NCBI GenBank assembly: GCA_051883495.1
Contig: JBJETV010000006.1
Coordinates: forward strand, 2,160-66,159
DNA length: 64,000 bases
Direction of reading: 5' to 3'
Source: Christensenellales bacterium
GTDB lineage: Bacteria > Bacillota > Clostridia > Christensenellales > UBA1242
The translations under genes were made by a program, and so were the position numbers. The number at the start of each line of letters is the position of its first letter. The first letter of the stretch is position 1. Under the pieces are notes generated by a model. It saw nothing but the letters and a program-made list of their open reading frames with translations, was not told where the DNA came from and ran no database searches. Below are positions 34,030 to 44,288 of the stretch, one piece after another.

Positions 34030-34248
34030 ATGGAAGTAACCAAAGATACAACACTTGGAGAAATATTGAAAAAATATTCCAATGCAGAAGATATTTTGCG
34101 TGGATTTGGGATGCATTGTTTTTCTTGCCCAATGAGCCAAATGGAAACTGTTGAGGAGGCGGGCAGTGTGCATGGCTTGGATGTAGATTTTATGGTAAAA
34201 AAGTTGAACGAAGACTTAATCCCAGCAAAGAAAAATTGTAAAAAATAA
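34030..34248 (+). CDS. DUF1858-domain protein (hybrid-cluster-protein-associated redox disulfide type)
   Basis: TTLGEILKKYSNAEDILRGFGMHCFSCPMSQMETVEEA is characteristic of the family. SD AAAGGAGA. Confidence 0.75.
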   Translation: MEVTKDTTLGEILKKYSNAEDILRGFGMHCFSCPMSQMETVEEAGSVHGLDVDFMVKKLNEDLIPAKKNCKK

Positions 34249-34327
34249 AATATTCTAGTAAGAATTGGTTTGAAATTGCAGTTTTGAAATTATTGTTTTG
34301 ATAATCTAGAGTGTTATTTTTAGGATG

Positions 34328-34356
34328 AAAGGGTTGCCAATGTGCGACCTTTTTTT
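34328..34356 (+). terminator. Rho-independent terminator
   Basis: AAAGGGTTGC-caatgt-GCGACCTTT followed by T-run. Confidence 0.7.
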
Positions 34357-34532
34357 ATGCAAAATGCAACCTATTATATATATAGAGAAATTTGTTGGGA
34401 TTTTTTGGAGAAATTTGGCTATATTTGGAGATAAAGTATAATAAGAGAAAGGATGAAAATACTTATTTTTTTGTGCAATTTGCACAAACTTATTTTTTTT
34501 AAGAAAAAGCGCATTTTTTTAGAAAAAAAGGG

Positions 34533-34561
34533 TTGACTAATCGAATGTTCTGGTGTAAAAT
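34533..34561 (+). promoter_or_regulatory. Sigma-A-type promoter of the S10 operon (TTGACT-17-TAAAAT)
   Basis: -35 at 34533-34538, -10 at 34556-34561, 17-nt spacer, about 195 nt upstream of rpsJ. Confidence 0.6.
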
Positions 34562-34756
34562 GTCTTCACCGTGAAATATGGGATGAAGCGCAAAGTTACC
34601 ACTTTTAGCAACAAAACTGGAGAATTTGCGTGGACAAGTTTGAATTAAAATTCAAGCGGGCTGGCTAAAAATCTTTAAGATTTTTTTTTAAGGACTTTCG
34701 ATACGAAACACACGGTAAAGTGTATTGAATGTGCCAGCATGGTAGAAGGAGAGTAT
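34562..34756 (+). promoter_or_regulatory. Structured 5' leader of the S10 operon with a terminator-like element
   Basis: Several hairpins (CTTCA/TGAAG, TTGAATT/AATTCAA), plus the palindrome AAAAATCTT-T-AAGATTTTT at 34667-34685 running into T9. Confidence 0.45.
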
Positions 34757-35065
34757 ATGGCAACACAAAAAATCAGAATCAAATTAAAAAGTTATGACCA
34801 CAACTTGATTGACCTTGCCACTTCCAGAATTATGGAAGCTGCGTCAAAGTCTGGCTCTCAGGTTGCTGGGCCAATCCCACTTCCAACAGAAAAAGAAGTG
34901 GTGACAATCATCAGAGCACCTCATAAATATAAAGATAGTCGTGAACAATTTGAGATGCGAACACACAAAAGGATAATTGATATCTACACCCCATCAAGCA
35001 AGGCAGTGGATTCTCTTATGAAACTTGACCTTCCTGCAGGCGTTGATATCAATATCAAATTATAA
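34757..35065 (+). CDS. rpsJ: 30S ribosomal protein uS10
   Basis: [19 protein letters not shown]; SD GAAGGAGAG. Confidence 0.97.
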   Translation: MATQKIRIKLKSYDHNLIDLATSRIMEAASKSGSQVAGPIPLPTEKEVVTIIRAPHKYKDSREQFEMRTHKRIIDIYTPSSKAVDSLMKLDLPAGVDINIKL

Positions 35066-35082
35066 AGGTCGAGAGGTGAAAA

Positions 35083-35721
35083 ATGGAAAAAGCTATTTTA
35101 GGAAAAAAATTGGGGATGACTCAAGTATTCGACCTTGATGGAAAGGTTACTCCAGTAACTGTTATCCTTGCAGGACCATGCACCGTTGTCCAAAAGAAAA
35201 CCGTGGATAAAGATGGATATGATGCAGTGGTTGTTGGATTTGGCGAAGCAAAAGAAAAATCCAAAAACAAACCAGAGATGGGATTGTTTAAGAAAGCTAA
35301 TGTCGAAGCAAAGAAATATCTTAGAGAATTTAGACTTTCTGACACATCAAACCTTGAAGTAGGGAACGAAATCAAATGTTCAGTGTTTGCTGAAGGAGAT
35401 TTGGTTGATGTTACAGGGACTTCAAAGGGACATGGGTTTAGCGGTGTTATCAAAAGATGGAACGCTAGACGCCTCAGAATGAGCCATGGCACAGGCCCTG
35501 TGCACAGAGAAGTTGGTGGCTTGAGTGGAAGTTCAACCCCAGCAAGAGTGTTCAAAAATCGTAAGATGCCTGGACAATTTGGTAACGACAGAGTTACAAA
35601 ACAAAATCTAAAAGTCGTAAAGATTGATGAAGAAAGAAACCTTATGCTTGTTAAGGGTAGCGTCCCTGGAAGCAAAGACGGACTTGTGTTCATCTGCAAT
35701 GCAAAAAAAATCAAAAGATAA
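35083..35721 (+). CDS. rplC: 50S ribosomal protein uL3
   Basis: GKKLGMTQVFDLDGKVTPVTV and GTSKGHGFSGVIKRWN. Confidence 0.97.
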   Translation: MEKAILGKKLGMTQVFDLDGKVTPVTVILAGPCTVVQKKTVDKDGYDAVVVGFGEAKEKSKNKPEMGLFKKANVEAKKYLREFRLSDTSNLEVGNEIKCSVFAEGDLVDVTGTSKGHGFSGVIKRWNARRLRMSHGTGPVHREVGGLSGSSTPARVFKNRKMPGQFGNDRVTKQNLKVVKIDEERNLMLVKGSVPGSKDGLVFICNAKKIKR

Positions 35722-35734
35722 GGAGTAGTTAAAA

Positions 35735-36364
35735 ATGCCTAAAGTTAAAGTTTATAACACAAAAGCAGAAGTTGTTGGTCAAGCTACTCTTTCTGAAGAA
35801 GTATTTGGTTGCGAATACAACGAACCACTTATCCACCAAGTTGTGGTTGCTTACAACAACAATCAAAGACAAGGAACAAAATCAGCACTCCTTCGCAGTG
35901 AAGTGAGAGGACATGCAAAGAAACCTTGGCGTCAAAAAGGCACTGGCAGAGCAAGACAAGGCTCTACAAAGAGTGCACAATGGAAGGGTGGCGGTATCAT
36001 TTTTGCACCAAAGCCAAGAGATTTCTCTCAAAAAATAAACAAAGCAATGAAAGTTTCTGCTTTCAAGAGTGCAATAAGTGCAAAAGTTGCAGACAACGAA
36101 GTTGTTGTTCTTGACCAAGTTTCCCTTGAAGCACCAAAAACAAAGTTCTTCCAACAAATTATGGACAACTTTGAGGTAGGTAAGAAGAATGTTTTGTTCG
36201 TTCTTGACCAAAAGAATGACGAAATACTTCGTGCTTCAAACAACATTCCAAATGCTCACGTTACTTATGCAGACGTGCTTGGAACATATGACGTTGTTGC
36301 AAATTCCAGACTTTACATCACACAAGATGCAATCAAAAAAATAGAGGAGGCTTATAAACAATGA
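35735..36364 (+). CDS. rplD: 50S ribosomal protein uL4
   Basis: [33 protein letters not shown]. Confidence 0.97.
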   Translation: MPKVKVYNTKAEVVGQATLSEEVFGCEYNEPLIHQVVVAYNNNQRQGTKSALLRSEVRGHAKKPWRQKGTGRARQGSTKSAQWKGGGIIFAPKPRDFSQKINKAMKVSAFKSAISAKVADNEVVVLDQVSLEAPKTKFFQQIMDNFEVGKKNVLFVLDQKNDEILRASNNIPNAHVTYADVLGTYDVVANSRLYITQDAIKKIEEAYKQ

Positions 36365-36663
36365 ACGCATACGACATTATCAAAAAGCCACTTCTTTCGG
36401 AAAAGAGTTATGCAACAATTTCCGACAAGAAATACACATTTATAGTTGACCTAAACGCAAACAAGGTTCAAATTAGACAAGCAATTGAAGAAATATTTAA
36501 GGTTAAGGTTAAACAAGTAAACACCCTTATTGTCAAGGGAAAAGTTAAAACTCAAAACACCAAACAAGGCAGAAGCGTTGGCAAAACAAGTGATTACAAG
36601 AAGGCGATTGTTTGGCTCACCAAAGAAAGCAAACCTATTGAGTTCTTTGAGAGTTTAAATTAA
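36361..36663 (+). CDS. rplW: 50S ribosomal protein uL23
   Basis: [14 protein letters not shown]; position in the cluster. Confidence 0.95.
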   Translation: MNAYDIIKKPLLSEKSYATISDKKYTFIVDLNANKVQIRQAIEEIFKVKVKQVNTLIVKGKVKTQNTKQGRSVGKTSDYKKAIVWLTKESKPIEFFESLN

Positions 36664-36680
36664 GGTAGGAGAAAGATAAA

Positions 36681-37505
36681 ATGGCAATTAAAAGACACAA
36701 TCCAACCACACCATCACAAAGATTTTTGACCACTGCCGATTTTTCGGAACTTACAAAGAAAAAACCAGAAAAATCCCTTCTTGCTGTTAAAAACAAACAT
36801 GCTGGAAGAAATGCACAAGGCAAAATCACTGTTAGACATCATGGTGGTGGAAACAGACAAAAATATAGAATAATTGAATTTAGACGTAATCACGACAATG
36901 TTCCTGCAAAGGTTGAAGCGCTTGAATACGATCCAAATAGAACTGCAAACATTGCTCTTTTGCACTATGCAGATGGCGCAAAGTCATATATCTTGGCTCC
37001 TGTTGGCTTAAACGTTGGCGACAAGGTAATGAGTGGTGTTGAAGTAGAAGTAAAAGTCGGAAACTGTATGCCTCTTAAGAATATCCCAGTAGGTAGTGTT
37101 GTTCATAATATTGAACTTAGACCAAACCAAGGTGCAGTGATTGCTAGAAGTGCTGGTATCTCTGCAAGACTTATGGCAAAAGAAGGCAAATATGCCACAC
37201 TTAAGATGCCAAGTGGTGAAATGAGAATGGTCCCAGCAGAGTGCAGAGCAACTCTTGGGCAAGTGGGCAATGTTGACCACGAAATCATTTCCATTGGTAA
37301 GGCTGGAAGAAAAAGACATATGGGTGTTAGACCAACTGTTCGTGGTGTTGTTATGAACCCATGCGACCACCCACATGGTGGTGGTGAAGGCAAGTCACCA
37401 ATCGGCAGACCAAGTCCTGTTACACCATGGGGCAAACCTGCTCTTGGATATAAGACAAGAAACAAAAAGAAGAGCACGAACAAATTTATTATTAGTAGGT
37501 CATAA
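36681..37505 (+). CDS. rplB: 50S ribosomal protein uL2
   Basis: [18 protein letters not shown] and [15 protein letters not shown]. Confidence 0.97.
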   Translation: MAIKRHNPTTPSQRFLTTADFSELTKKKPEKSLLAVKNKHAGRNAQGKITVRHHGGGNRQKYRIIEFRRNHDNVPAKVEALEYDPNRTANIALLHYADGAKSYILAPVGLNVGDKVMSGVEVEVKVGNCMPLKNIPVGSVVHNIELRPNQGAVIARSAGISARLMAKEGKYATLKMPSGEMRMVPAECRATLGQVGNVDHEIISIGKAGRKRHMGVRPTVRGVVMNPCDHPHGGGEGKSPIGRPSPVTPWGKPALGYKTRNKKKSTNKFIISRS

Positions 37506-37525
37506 ACTACGAGGAGTTATGTAAG

Positions 37526-37801
37526 ATGAGTAGATCATTAAAGAAAAAACCATACGTTGAACAAAGATTGTTCAATCGCATCAAAGAAATGAACGAGTCT
37601 AACACAAAGAAACCTGTTAAAACTTGGTCAAGAGCATCTGTCATTTATCCAGAATTTGTGGGACACACAATCGCTGTTCACAATGGGAAGAAGCATATTC
37701 CAGTATATTGCACAGCCGAAATGGTTGGACATAAACTTGGCGAATTTGCTCCAACCAGAACTTTTAGAGGCCATGGCGCAGATAAGGCTAAGGGCAAATA
37801 A
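37526..37801 (+). CDS. rpsS: 30S ribosomal protein uS19
   Basis: [10 protein letters not shown]...[16 protein letters not shown]. Confidence 0.97.
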   Translation: MSRSLKKKPYVEQRLFNRIKEMNESNTKKPVKTWSRASVIYPEFVGHTIAVHNGKKHIPVYCTAEMVGHKLGEFAPTRTFRGHGADKAKGK

Positions 37802-37812
37802 GGAGAAGGGAA

Positions 37813-38199
37813 ATGGCAAAGAGAATTAAAGAAAAAACAGAAAAAATAAACCAAACTCGTGATACAAGACCATATGCAAAGGCAAAGTTCCTAAGACTTA
37901 GTTCTTCAAAACTTAACATTGTTATGGACCTTGTTAGAGGAAAGGGTTACAACGAAGCAGTTGCTATTTTGAAAAATACTCCAAACAAGGCTGCTGATCT
38001 TATTTGCAAAGTAGTAGAATCTGCTGGTGCAAATGCTGAAAACAACAAAGGACTTAACAAACAAGACCTTTATGTTGCAGAAATTTACTCTGGTCAAGGT
38101 GCAACCTACAAAAGACAAAATATTCGTGGTAGGGGCAGAGTTGACCAAATCTTAAAAAGAACAAGCAATATAACTGTTATATTGGACACTGTTAAGTAA
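37813..38199 (+). CDS. rplV: 50S ribosomal protein uL22
   Basis: [27 protein letters not shown]; cluster position. Confidence 0.95.
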   Translation: MAKRIKEKTEKINQTRDTRPYAKAKFLRLSSSKLNIVMDLVRGKGYNEAVAILKNTPNKAADLICKVVESAGANAENNKGLNKQDLYVAEIYSGQGATYKRQNIRGRGRVDQILKRTSNITVILDTVK

Positions 38200-38213
38200 G
38201 GGAGAGCGAAGAA

Positions 38214-38879
38214 ATGGGACAAAAAGTTAGTCCAAACGGACTTAGAATAGGTATCAATAAGGGCTGGGATTCCTTGTGGTATGTTGGCAAAGCAGATTTT
38301 GCAAAAAATCTTAAAGAAGACAACACCATAAGAACTTTCATCAAGAAAAAATACTATGCTTGCGCTATTTCAAAGATTGTTATTGAAAGAACTGCAAAGA
38401 GAGTTATTGTTTCTATCTACACTGCTCGCCCAGGTGTTCTTATTGGGCAAAAAGGTGCTGGAGTAGAAGCCCTTAAGAAAGAAATTATGAAGTTGACTTC
38501 CGCAGATTCAATTTCTATCAATATCAAGGAAGTCAAAAATCCAGACGCAGACGCAACTTTGATTGCAGAAAGCATTGCTAGCCAACTAGAAAAGCGTGTT
38601 CACTTTAGACGTGCTATGAAGATGGCAATGCAAAAGGCAGTTAAGGCTGGCGTTAGGGGTATCAAAACTATGGTTGCTGGCCGTCTTGATGGTGCAGACA
38701 TTGCTAGAACTGAACAATATCATCAAGGTAGTCTTCCTCTTCAAACTTTGAGAGCAGATATCGACTATGGTTTTGCAGAAGCAAAAACAACATTTGGAAT
38801 TTTGGGAATAAAAGTCTGGGTCTATAACGGCGAAATTTTCTCAAAAAAAGTTCCTGCTGAAAAAGGAGGTAACGTCTAA
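38214..38879 (+). CDS. rpsC: 30S ribosomal protein uS3
   Basis: [20 protein letters not shown] and a KH domain. Confidence 0.97.
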   Translation: MGQKVSPNGLRIGINKGWDSLWYVGKADFAKNLKEDNTIRTFIKKKYYACAISKIVIERTAKRVIVSIYTARPGVLIGQKGAGVEALKKEIMKLTSADSISINIKEVKNPDADATLIAESIASQLEKRVHFRRAMKMAMQKAVKAGVRGIKTMVAGRLDGADIARTEQYHQGSLPLQTLRADIDYGFAEAKTTFGILGIKVWVYNGEIFSKKVPAEKGGNV

Positions 38880-39334
38880 TGTTAATGCCAAAAAAGGTTA
38901 AGAGAAGAAAAGTTCAACGTGGCAGAATGAGAGGTGTTGCAACCCGTGGCAATAAGCTTGCTTATGGCGATTATGGCTTGGCAACTACCGAACCATGCTG
39001 GATTACTTCCAACCAAATAGAAGCCGCTCGTATCGCTATGACAAGATATACAAAACGTGGTGGCAAGGTGTGGATTGATATATTCCCAGACAAGCCAATT
39101 ACCAAAAAACCTGCCGAAACTCGTATGGGTAGCGGAAAGGGAAACCCAGAATATTGGGTTGCAGTTGTAAAACCTGGCAGAGTGCTCTTTGAAATTAAGG
39201 GTGTTGATGAAGCAATAGCAAAAGAAGCTTTGAGACTTGCTTCACACAAACTTCCTTGTGTTACAAAGATTATCACCAGAGAACAATCCACTGCTAAAGC
39301 TGAAGAAAACGTTGTAGAAGGTGGTGCAGTTTAA
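38879..39334 (+). CDS. rplP: 50S ribosomal protein uL16
   Basis: [19 protein letters not shown]; a C-terminal extension of about 15 aa. Confidence 0.96.
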   Translation: MLMPKKVKRRKVQRGRMRGVATRGNKLAYGDYGLATTEPCWITSNQIEAARIAMTRYTKRGGKVWIDIFPDKPITKKPAETRMGSGKGNPEYWVAVVKPGRVLFEIKGVDEAIAKEALRLASHKLPCVTKIITREQSTAKAEENVVEGGAV

Positions 39335-39558
39335 TGAAAATAAAAGATATAAGAAGTATGACCAACGACGAACTTAATGCAAAGTTGGTTGCAACAAAAA
39401 CTGAACTCTTCAATCTTAGATTTCAACATGCAACAGGAAACCTTGCAAATCCAATGCTTTTGAACTCTTTGAAAAAAGACATTGCAAAAATCAAAACTGT
39501 TCTTACCGAAAGAGAACTTGGCAAAAATGTCGAGTCCGACAAAAAGGTTAAGGCATAG
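39334..39558 (+). CDS. rpmC: 50S ribosomal protein uL29
   Basis: [17 protein letters not shown]. Confidence 0.95.
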   Translation: MKIKDIRSMTNDELNAKLVATKTELFNLRFQHATGNLANPMLLNSLKKDIAKIKTVLTERELGKNVESDKKVKA

Positions 39559-39569
39559 GAGTGAACGAG

Positions 39570-39830
39570 ATGGAAGAAAAAAGAAATAATAGAAAAACAA
39601 AAATAGGTGTTGTTGTAAGCGACAAAATGGACAAAACAATAGTTGTGTCTGTAGTGTCCAATGTAAAACACCCACTATACAAAAAAGTCGTTAAGATAAC
39701 TAAGAAATTCAAAGCACATGACGAAAATAATGAATGCAAAATTGGTGATACAGTTGAAATTATGGAAACAAGACCAATCAGCAAGACGACACACTTCAGA
39801 CTTCTTAGAATAATCGAAAAAGCTAAGTAA
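39570..39830 (+). CDS. rpsQ: 30S ribosomal protein uS17
   Basis: [19 protein letters not shown]. The ATG at 39570 is 9 nt after AGGAG; the GTG at 39561 is the alternative start. Confidence 0.95.
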   Translation: MEEKRNNRKTKIGVVVSDKMDKTIVVSVVSNVKHPLYKKVVKITKKFKAHDENNECKIGDTVEIMETRPISKTTHFRLLRIIEKAK

Positions 39831-39848
39831 TACAGGAGGAAATAGAAC

Positions 39849-40217
39849 ATGATTCAACCACAAACAAGACTTAAGGTTGCCGACAACACTGGTGCAAAGA
39901 TTATTATGTGTATCAGAGTGCTTGGCGGGTCTTTTAGAAGAAGTGGCAATATTGGAGATGTGATTATTGCCTCTGTAAAAAAAGCAACACCTGGTGGTGT
40001 TGTTAAGAAAGGTGATGTTGTTAAGGCTGTTATCGTAAGAACAAGCAAAGGTGTCCTTAGAAATGATGGTTCATCCATTAGATTTGATGACAACGCAGCT
40101 GTTATTATCGACAACCAAAAACAACCACGCGGAACACGTATTTTTGGGCCTGTTGCTAGGGAATTGAGAGAAAATGGTTATATGAAAATCGTTTCTCTTG
40201 CTCCTGAGGTTCTTTAA
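39849..40217 (+). CDS. rplN: 50S ribosomal protein uL14
   Basis: [17 protein letters not shown]. Confidence 0.97.
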   Translation: MIQPQTRLKVADNTGAKIIMCIRVLGGSFRRSGNIGDVIIASVKKATPGGVVKKGDVVKAVIVRTSKGVLRNDGSSIRFDDNAAVIIDNQKQPRGTRIFGPVARELRENGYMKIVSLAPEVL

Positions 40218-40231
40218 GGAGGAAACAATAG

Positions 40232-40747
40232 ATGGCAAAGTTAAATGTTAAAAGAGGCGACAATGTTGTTGTTCTCACCGGAAAAGAAAATGGCAAGAAA
40301 GGCACTGTTGCAGAGTGCTTCCCAGAAGAGGGAAAAGTAACCGTAAAAGGTCTTAATATGATTGTCAAACACAACAAACCAAGGTCTGCACAAGACAAGG
40401 GTGGCATTGTGAAAAAAGAAGGCAAGATTGATAGTAGCAATGTGATGATTGTTTGCCCAGCTTGCAACAAGGCAACTCGTGTTAAGATGGAAGTGAATGC
40501 AAAGGGCGAAAAGGTAAGAGTTTGCAAAAAATGTGGCGCATCACTTGATTCTAAAAAGGTAGAACCAAAGAAAACAGAATCAAAGAAAGAAGCTACTGCA
40601 GATGCTCCTGCAAAAAAAGCAAAATCTGCAAACACTGAAGCAAAAAAGACTGCAACAGCAAAAACATCAGAAAAGAAAACAACAGCAAAAACTGCTGTGA
40701 AAAAAGAAACTAAGAAGCAAACTGCTTCTGAAAAGACAGGTAAGTAG
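40232..40747 (+). CDS. rplX: 50S ribosomal protein uL24 (Cys4 zinc-ribbon form with a Lys-rich C-terminal tail)
   Basis: KRGDNVVVLTGKENGKKG KOW motif, CPACNK...CKKCG, and a K/A/T-rich tail of about 65 aa. Confidence 0.95.
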   Translation: MAKLNVKRGDNVVVLTGKENGKKGTVAECFPEEGKVTVKGLNMIVKHNKPRSAQDKGGIVKKEGKIDSSNVMIVCPACNKATRVKMEVNAKGEKVRVCKKCGASLDSKKVEPKKTESKKEATADAPAKKAKSANTEAKKTATAKTSEKKTTAKTAVKKETKKQTASEKTGK

Positions 40748-40756
40748 GAGGATAAA

Positions 40757-41323
40757 ATGGCAGAAAATAAATCAACAAATAATGCAAGACTACTTGATTA
40801 TTACAAATCAACCATTGCTCCTGCATTGCAAAAAGAGTTTGCATACAAAAATGTTATGGAAATACCAAAACTTGAAAAGATAGTTGTATGTATGGGCCTT
40901 GGAGAAGTTAAGGACAACTCAAAGAGCTTTAACCTAGCACTTGACGAACTTACTCAAATCACTGGGCAAAAAGCTATTGCAACCTTGGCAAAAAAATCAG
41001 TGTCTAACTTCAAAGTGAGAGCAGGACAAAAGATTGGTGCAAAAGTTACACTTCGTGGCAACACAATGTATGAATTTTTGGACAGACTTATTTCAATCGC
41101 TCTCCCACGTGTTAGGGACTTTAAGGGCGTAAATCCAAAGGCATTTGATGGCAGAGGAAATTACGCATTGGGTATAAAAGAACAACTTATATTCCCAGAA
41201 ATTTCTTACGAAAAAGTCGATAAAGTCAGAGGTATGGATGTTATCATTGTTACCACTGCCAAAACTGACAAAGAGGCATTTGCTCTTCTTCAAGCATTTG
41301 GAATGCCTTTTGCAAAGAGATAA
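40757..41323 (+). CDS. rplE: 50S ribosomal protein uL5
   Basis: [19 protein letters not shown]...[16 protein letters not shown]. Confidence 0.97.
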   Translation: MAENKSTNNARLLDYYKSTIAPALQKEFAYKNVMEIPKLEKIVVCMGLGEVKDNSKSFNLALDELTQITGQKAIATLAKKSVSNFKVRAGQKIGAKVTLRGNTMYEFLDRLISIALPRVRDFKGVNPKAFDGRGNYALGIKEQLIFPEISYEKVDKVRGMDVIIVTTAKTDKEAFALLQAFGMPFAKR

Positions 41324-41350
41324 TTTTTAGAGGAAAAGGAAGCAAAAATT

Positions 41351-41536
41351 ATGGCAAGAAAAGCAATGATTAACAAACAGCAAAGACAGCAAAAATACAA
41401 AACTAGAGAATACACAAGATGTTCCATTTGTGGACGTCCACACGCTGTGCTCAAAAAGTATGGAATTTGCAGAATTTGCTTTAGAAATTTGGCTTACAAA
41501 GGCGAAATACCTGGTGTTAAAAAGGCTAGTTGGTAA
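41351..41536 (+). CDS. rpsZ: 30S ribosomal protein uS14, type Z (zinc form)
   Basis: 61 aa with [20 protein letters not shown]. Confidence 0.96.
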   Translation: MARKAMINKQQRQQKYKTREYTRCSICGRPHAVLKKYGICRICFRNLAYKGEIPGVKKASW

Positions 41537-41550
41537 AGGAGAAAGATAAG

Positions 41551-41949
41551 ATGATAGTTACAGATCCAATCGCAGATATGCTCACTCGCATTAGAAATGC
41601 GTTGACCATTAAGAGAGCGGAAGTTACAGTTCCTGCTTCAAAGACAAAAAAGGCTATTGCTGAAATCCTTTTTAACGAAGGTTATATAGAAAAATACGAA
41701 CTTGTTGATGACGGCAACTACAAATCAATCAAGGTTACATTGAAATATGGTCCAAACGGAGAAAAAGTTATCCAAGGGCTAAAACGCATTTCAAAACCAG
41801 GACTTAGGGTTTATGCAGAATGCAATGATATCCCAAGAGTTCTCAATGGTTTGGGGATTGCAATCGTTTCGACAAATAAAGGAATTATGACGGATAAAGA
41901 GGCTAGAAGCCAAAATCTTGGTGGCGAAGTCTTGGCTTTCGTTTGGTAA
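41551..41949 (+). CDS. rpsH: 30S ribosomal protein uS8
   Basis: [25 protein letters not shown] at 41536-41541; the track start at 41530 is upstream read-through. Confidence 0.96.
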   Translation: MIVTDPIADMLTRIRNALTIKRAEVTVPASKTKKAIAEILFNEGYIEKYELVDDGNYKSIKVTLKYGPNGEKVIQGLKRISKPGLRVYAECNDIPRVLNGLGIAIVSTNKGIMTDKEARSQNLGGEVLAFVW

Positions 41950-41963
41950 GGAGGAGAAAGGAA

Positions 41964-42509
41964 ATGTCTAGAATAGGAAGAATGCCAGTTGCCATACCAA
42001 GCGGAGTTGAGGTTAAAGTTGACTCCAACAATTTGGTAACTGTTACAGGAAAACTTGGAACACTTTCACGTCAAATTGACAAACTTATCAAAGTGGAAGT
42101 TAAGGACAACGAAGTTGTTGTTACCCGTCCAAATGATTCCAATGAATGCAAAGCAAAACATGGGCTTTATAGAATGCTTATCGCCAATATGGTAAAAGGT
42201 GTTTCGGAAGGTTTTTCTAAATCACTTGTTATCAACGGTGTTGGTTATAAGGCTCAAAAACAAGGCAACAAAGTTGTTTTGAACTTGGGATTTTCACATC
42301 CTGTTGATGTCCCAGAGGTTGAGGGTGTTACACTGGAATGTCCTGATGCAACAACTGTTGTTGTAAAGGGAATATCCAACGAGGCTGTGGGACAATATGC
42401 AGCCAAAATTAGAGGTATAAGACCTGTAGAACCATATCATGCATACGGCATCAGATATAGTGATGAGGTTGTTATTAAAAAAGTCGGAAAAGTTTCAGGT
42501 AAGAAATAA
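41964..42509 (+). CDS. rplF: 50S ribosomal protein uL6
   Basis: MSRIGRMPVAIPSGVEV; SD AAGGAGGAG upstream. Confidence 0.96.
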   Translation: MSRIGRMPVAIPSGVEVKVDSNNLVTVTGKLGTLSRQIDKLIKVEVKDNEVVVTRPNDSNECKAKHGLYRMLIANMVKGVSEGFSKSLVINGVGYKAQKQGNKVVLNLGFSHPVDVPEVEGVTLECPDATTVVVKGISNEAVGQYAAKIRGIRPVEPYHAYGIRYSDEVVIKKVGKVSGKK

Positions 42510-42527
42510 GCGTAGTGGAGAGAAGAA

Positions 42528-42896
42528 ATGATTAGTAAAGAAAATAAAAACGCCAAGAGACAAAAACGTCATCTTAGAGTTAGAAAAAATATTTTTGGAA
42601 CAAAAGCAACTCCAAGGCTTAATGTTTACAGAAGCACATCAAATATCTATGCACAAATTATAGATGATGAAAATGGCAAAACTCTTTGCAGTGCTTCAAC
42701 TTTGTCAAAAGAAATTGCAGACAGCATCAAAGGCAAAACAAAAAGCGAACAAGCTTTTGCTGTTGGTGAACTTATCGGGAAATTGGCACTTAAAAAGAAA
42801 ATCAAAACTGTTGTGTTTGATAGAGGCGGATACCTTTATACAGGCAGAGTTTTGCAACTGGCAGAAGGTGCAAGAAAGGCAGGTTTGGAATTCTAA
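42528..42896 (+). CDS. rplR: 50S ribosomal protein uL18
   Basis: [18 protein letters not shown]...[12 protein letters not shown]. Confidence 0.96.
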   Translation: MISKENKNAKRQKRHLRVRKNIFGTKATPRLNVYRSTSNIYAQIIDDENGKTLCSASTLSKEIADSIKGKTKSEQAFAVGELIGKLALKKKIKTVVFDRGGYLYTGRVLQLAEGARKAGLEF

Positions 42897-43573
42897 TGGA
42901 GGAAAATATGGAAAACGAAGTTCTACAAGAAAATGCTGTTGAAGAAAAAGTTGAACAAACAGCACAAGAAGAAGTTGTTGCAAAAAAACCTGCTAAAGTG
43001 GAGAAGTCAACAGTAAAAGTTGACAATCGCCAAGAACGCAAACAAAGCAACAAGAAGTTTGACAAGAAAAAACAAGAAAAAGTTGCTCCAAAAAAGGAAG
43101 AAAGCGACTTTGACAAAAAACTTGTTGAAGTAAGACGTGTTGCAAAGGTTGTTAAGGGTGGCAGAACACTTAGATTTAGTGCATTGGTCGTTGTAGGCAA
43201 CAAGAATGGTCTTGTGGGTGTAGGTATCGGCAAGGCAAACGAAGTGCCAGAAGCAGTGGAAAAAGCAACTGCTGCTGCAAAGAAAAATTTGATTTCTGTG
43301 CCTATTGTTGGGACAACCATTCCACACAATGTTATCGGTAGATTTGGAGCATCCAAGGTTCATATGTTCCCAGCTCCACAAGGTACTGGTGTTATCGCAG
43401 GTGGAAGTGCCAGAGCAGTGGTTGAACTTGCAGGTATCAAAGATATTGTTACAAAAGCTCATGGTTCAAACAACAAAATTAACGGAGTTAAAGCCACACT
43501 TGAGGGTTTGAAACTTCTTAGAACACGTGAAGAAGTTGCCGCACTTCGTGGCAAATCACCAGAAGAAATTTAA
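42896..43573 (+). CDS. rpsE: 30S ribosomal protein uS5 with a charged N-terminal extension of about 70 aa
   Basis: Core [24 protein letters not shown]...GTGVIAGG, preceded by an E/K-rich extension. Confidence 0.95.
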   Translation: MEENMENEVLQENAVEEKVEQTAQEEVVAKKPAKVEKSTVKVDNRQERKQSNKKFDKKKQEKVAPKKEESDFDKKLVEVRRVAKVVKGGRTLRFSALVVVGNKNGLVGVGIGKANEVPEAVEKATAAAKKNLISVPIVGTTIPHNVIGRFGASKVHMFPAPQGTGVIAGGSARAVVELAGIKDIVTKAHGSNNKINGVKATLEGLKLLRTREEVAALRGKSPEEI

Positions 43574-43591
43574 TGCTAGGGAGAAGAAATA

Positions 43592-43807
43592 ATGGAAAAG
43601 AAAACCACAAAAAAAGCAAAAAACATGGGACAACTAAAAGTTACTTATGTTAGAAGTGTTATTGGGTTTAACAAAAACCAAGCAAAGATTTTGGAAGCTT
43701 TGGGTCTTACAAAACTTGGCACAACAAAAATTTTCCCTAACAACGATTGCATAAAGGGAAGCCTTTTCAAAGTGAAACACTTGGTTAAGGTTGAAGAAAT
43801 CGACTAA
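43592..43807 (+). CDS. rpmD: 50S ribosomal protein uL30
   Basis: LKVTYVRSVIGFNKNQAKILEALGL. The start could instead be the Met at 43625. Confidence 0.93.
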   Translation: MEKKTTKKAKNMGQLKVTYVRSVIGFNKNQAKILEALGLTKLGTTKIFPNNDCIKGSLFKVKHLVKVEEID

Positions 43808-43841
43808 ATTTCAAAATAATTTCGTGAAAGGAGAAAGTTAA

Positions 43842-44288
43842 ATGAACATTCAATCATTGAGACCTGCTGAAAATTCAAGATTTTCAAAGAAAAGACTTGG
43901 ACGTGGCATTGGCAGTGGCGTTGGCAAAACAAGTGGCAAAGGTCACAAAGGTCAAAATGCTAGAAGCGGGGGCGGTGTTCGTGTTGGATTTGAAGGCGGT
44001 CAAATGCCTCTTATCAGAAAGTTGCCAAGACATGGCTTTACAAATGCAGACTTTAGAAAAGTTTATACAGTTGTGAATGTATCCGACCTTAACAAATTTG
44101 AAGACAATGCTGTTGTTGACGCAAATGCCCTTCTTGAAAAGGGAATTGTGTCCAAAATAGAAAAATACGGCGTTAAAGTTCTTGGAAATGGCAAACTTGA
44201 AAAGGCTTTGACAGTTAAGGCAAACAAATTTTCAGAAACCGCAAAGAAGAAAATTCAGGATGCGCAAGGCAATTTTGAGGAGGTCTAA
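43842..44288 (+). CDS. rplO: 50S ribosomal protein uL15
   Basis: [25 protein letters not shown]. Confidence 0.97.
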   Translation: MNIQSLRPAENSRFSKKRLGRGIGSGVGKTSGKGHKGQNARSGGGVRVGFEGGQMPLIRKLPRHGFTNADFRKVYTVVNVSDLNKFEDNAVVDANALLEKGIVSKIEKYGVKVLGNGKLEKALTVKANKFSETAKKKIQDAQGNFEEV

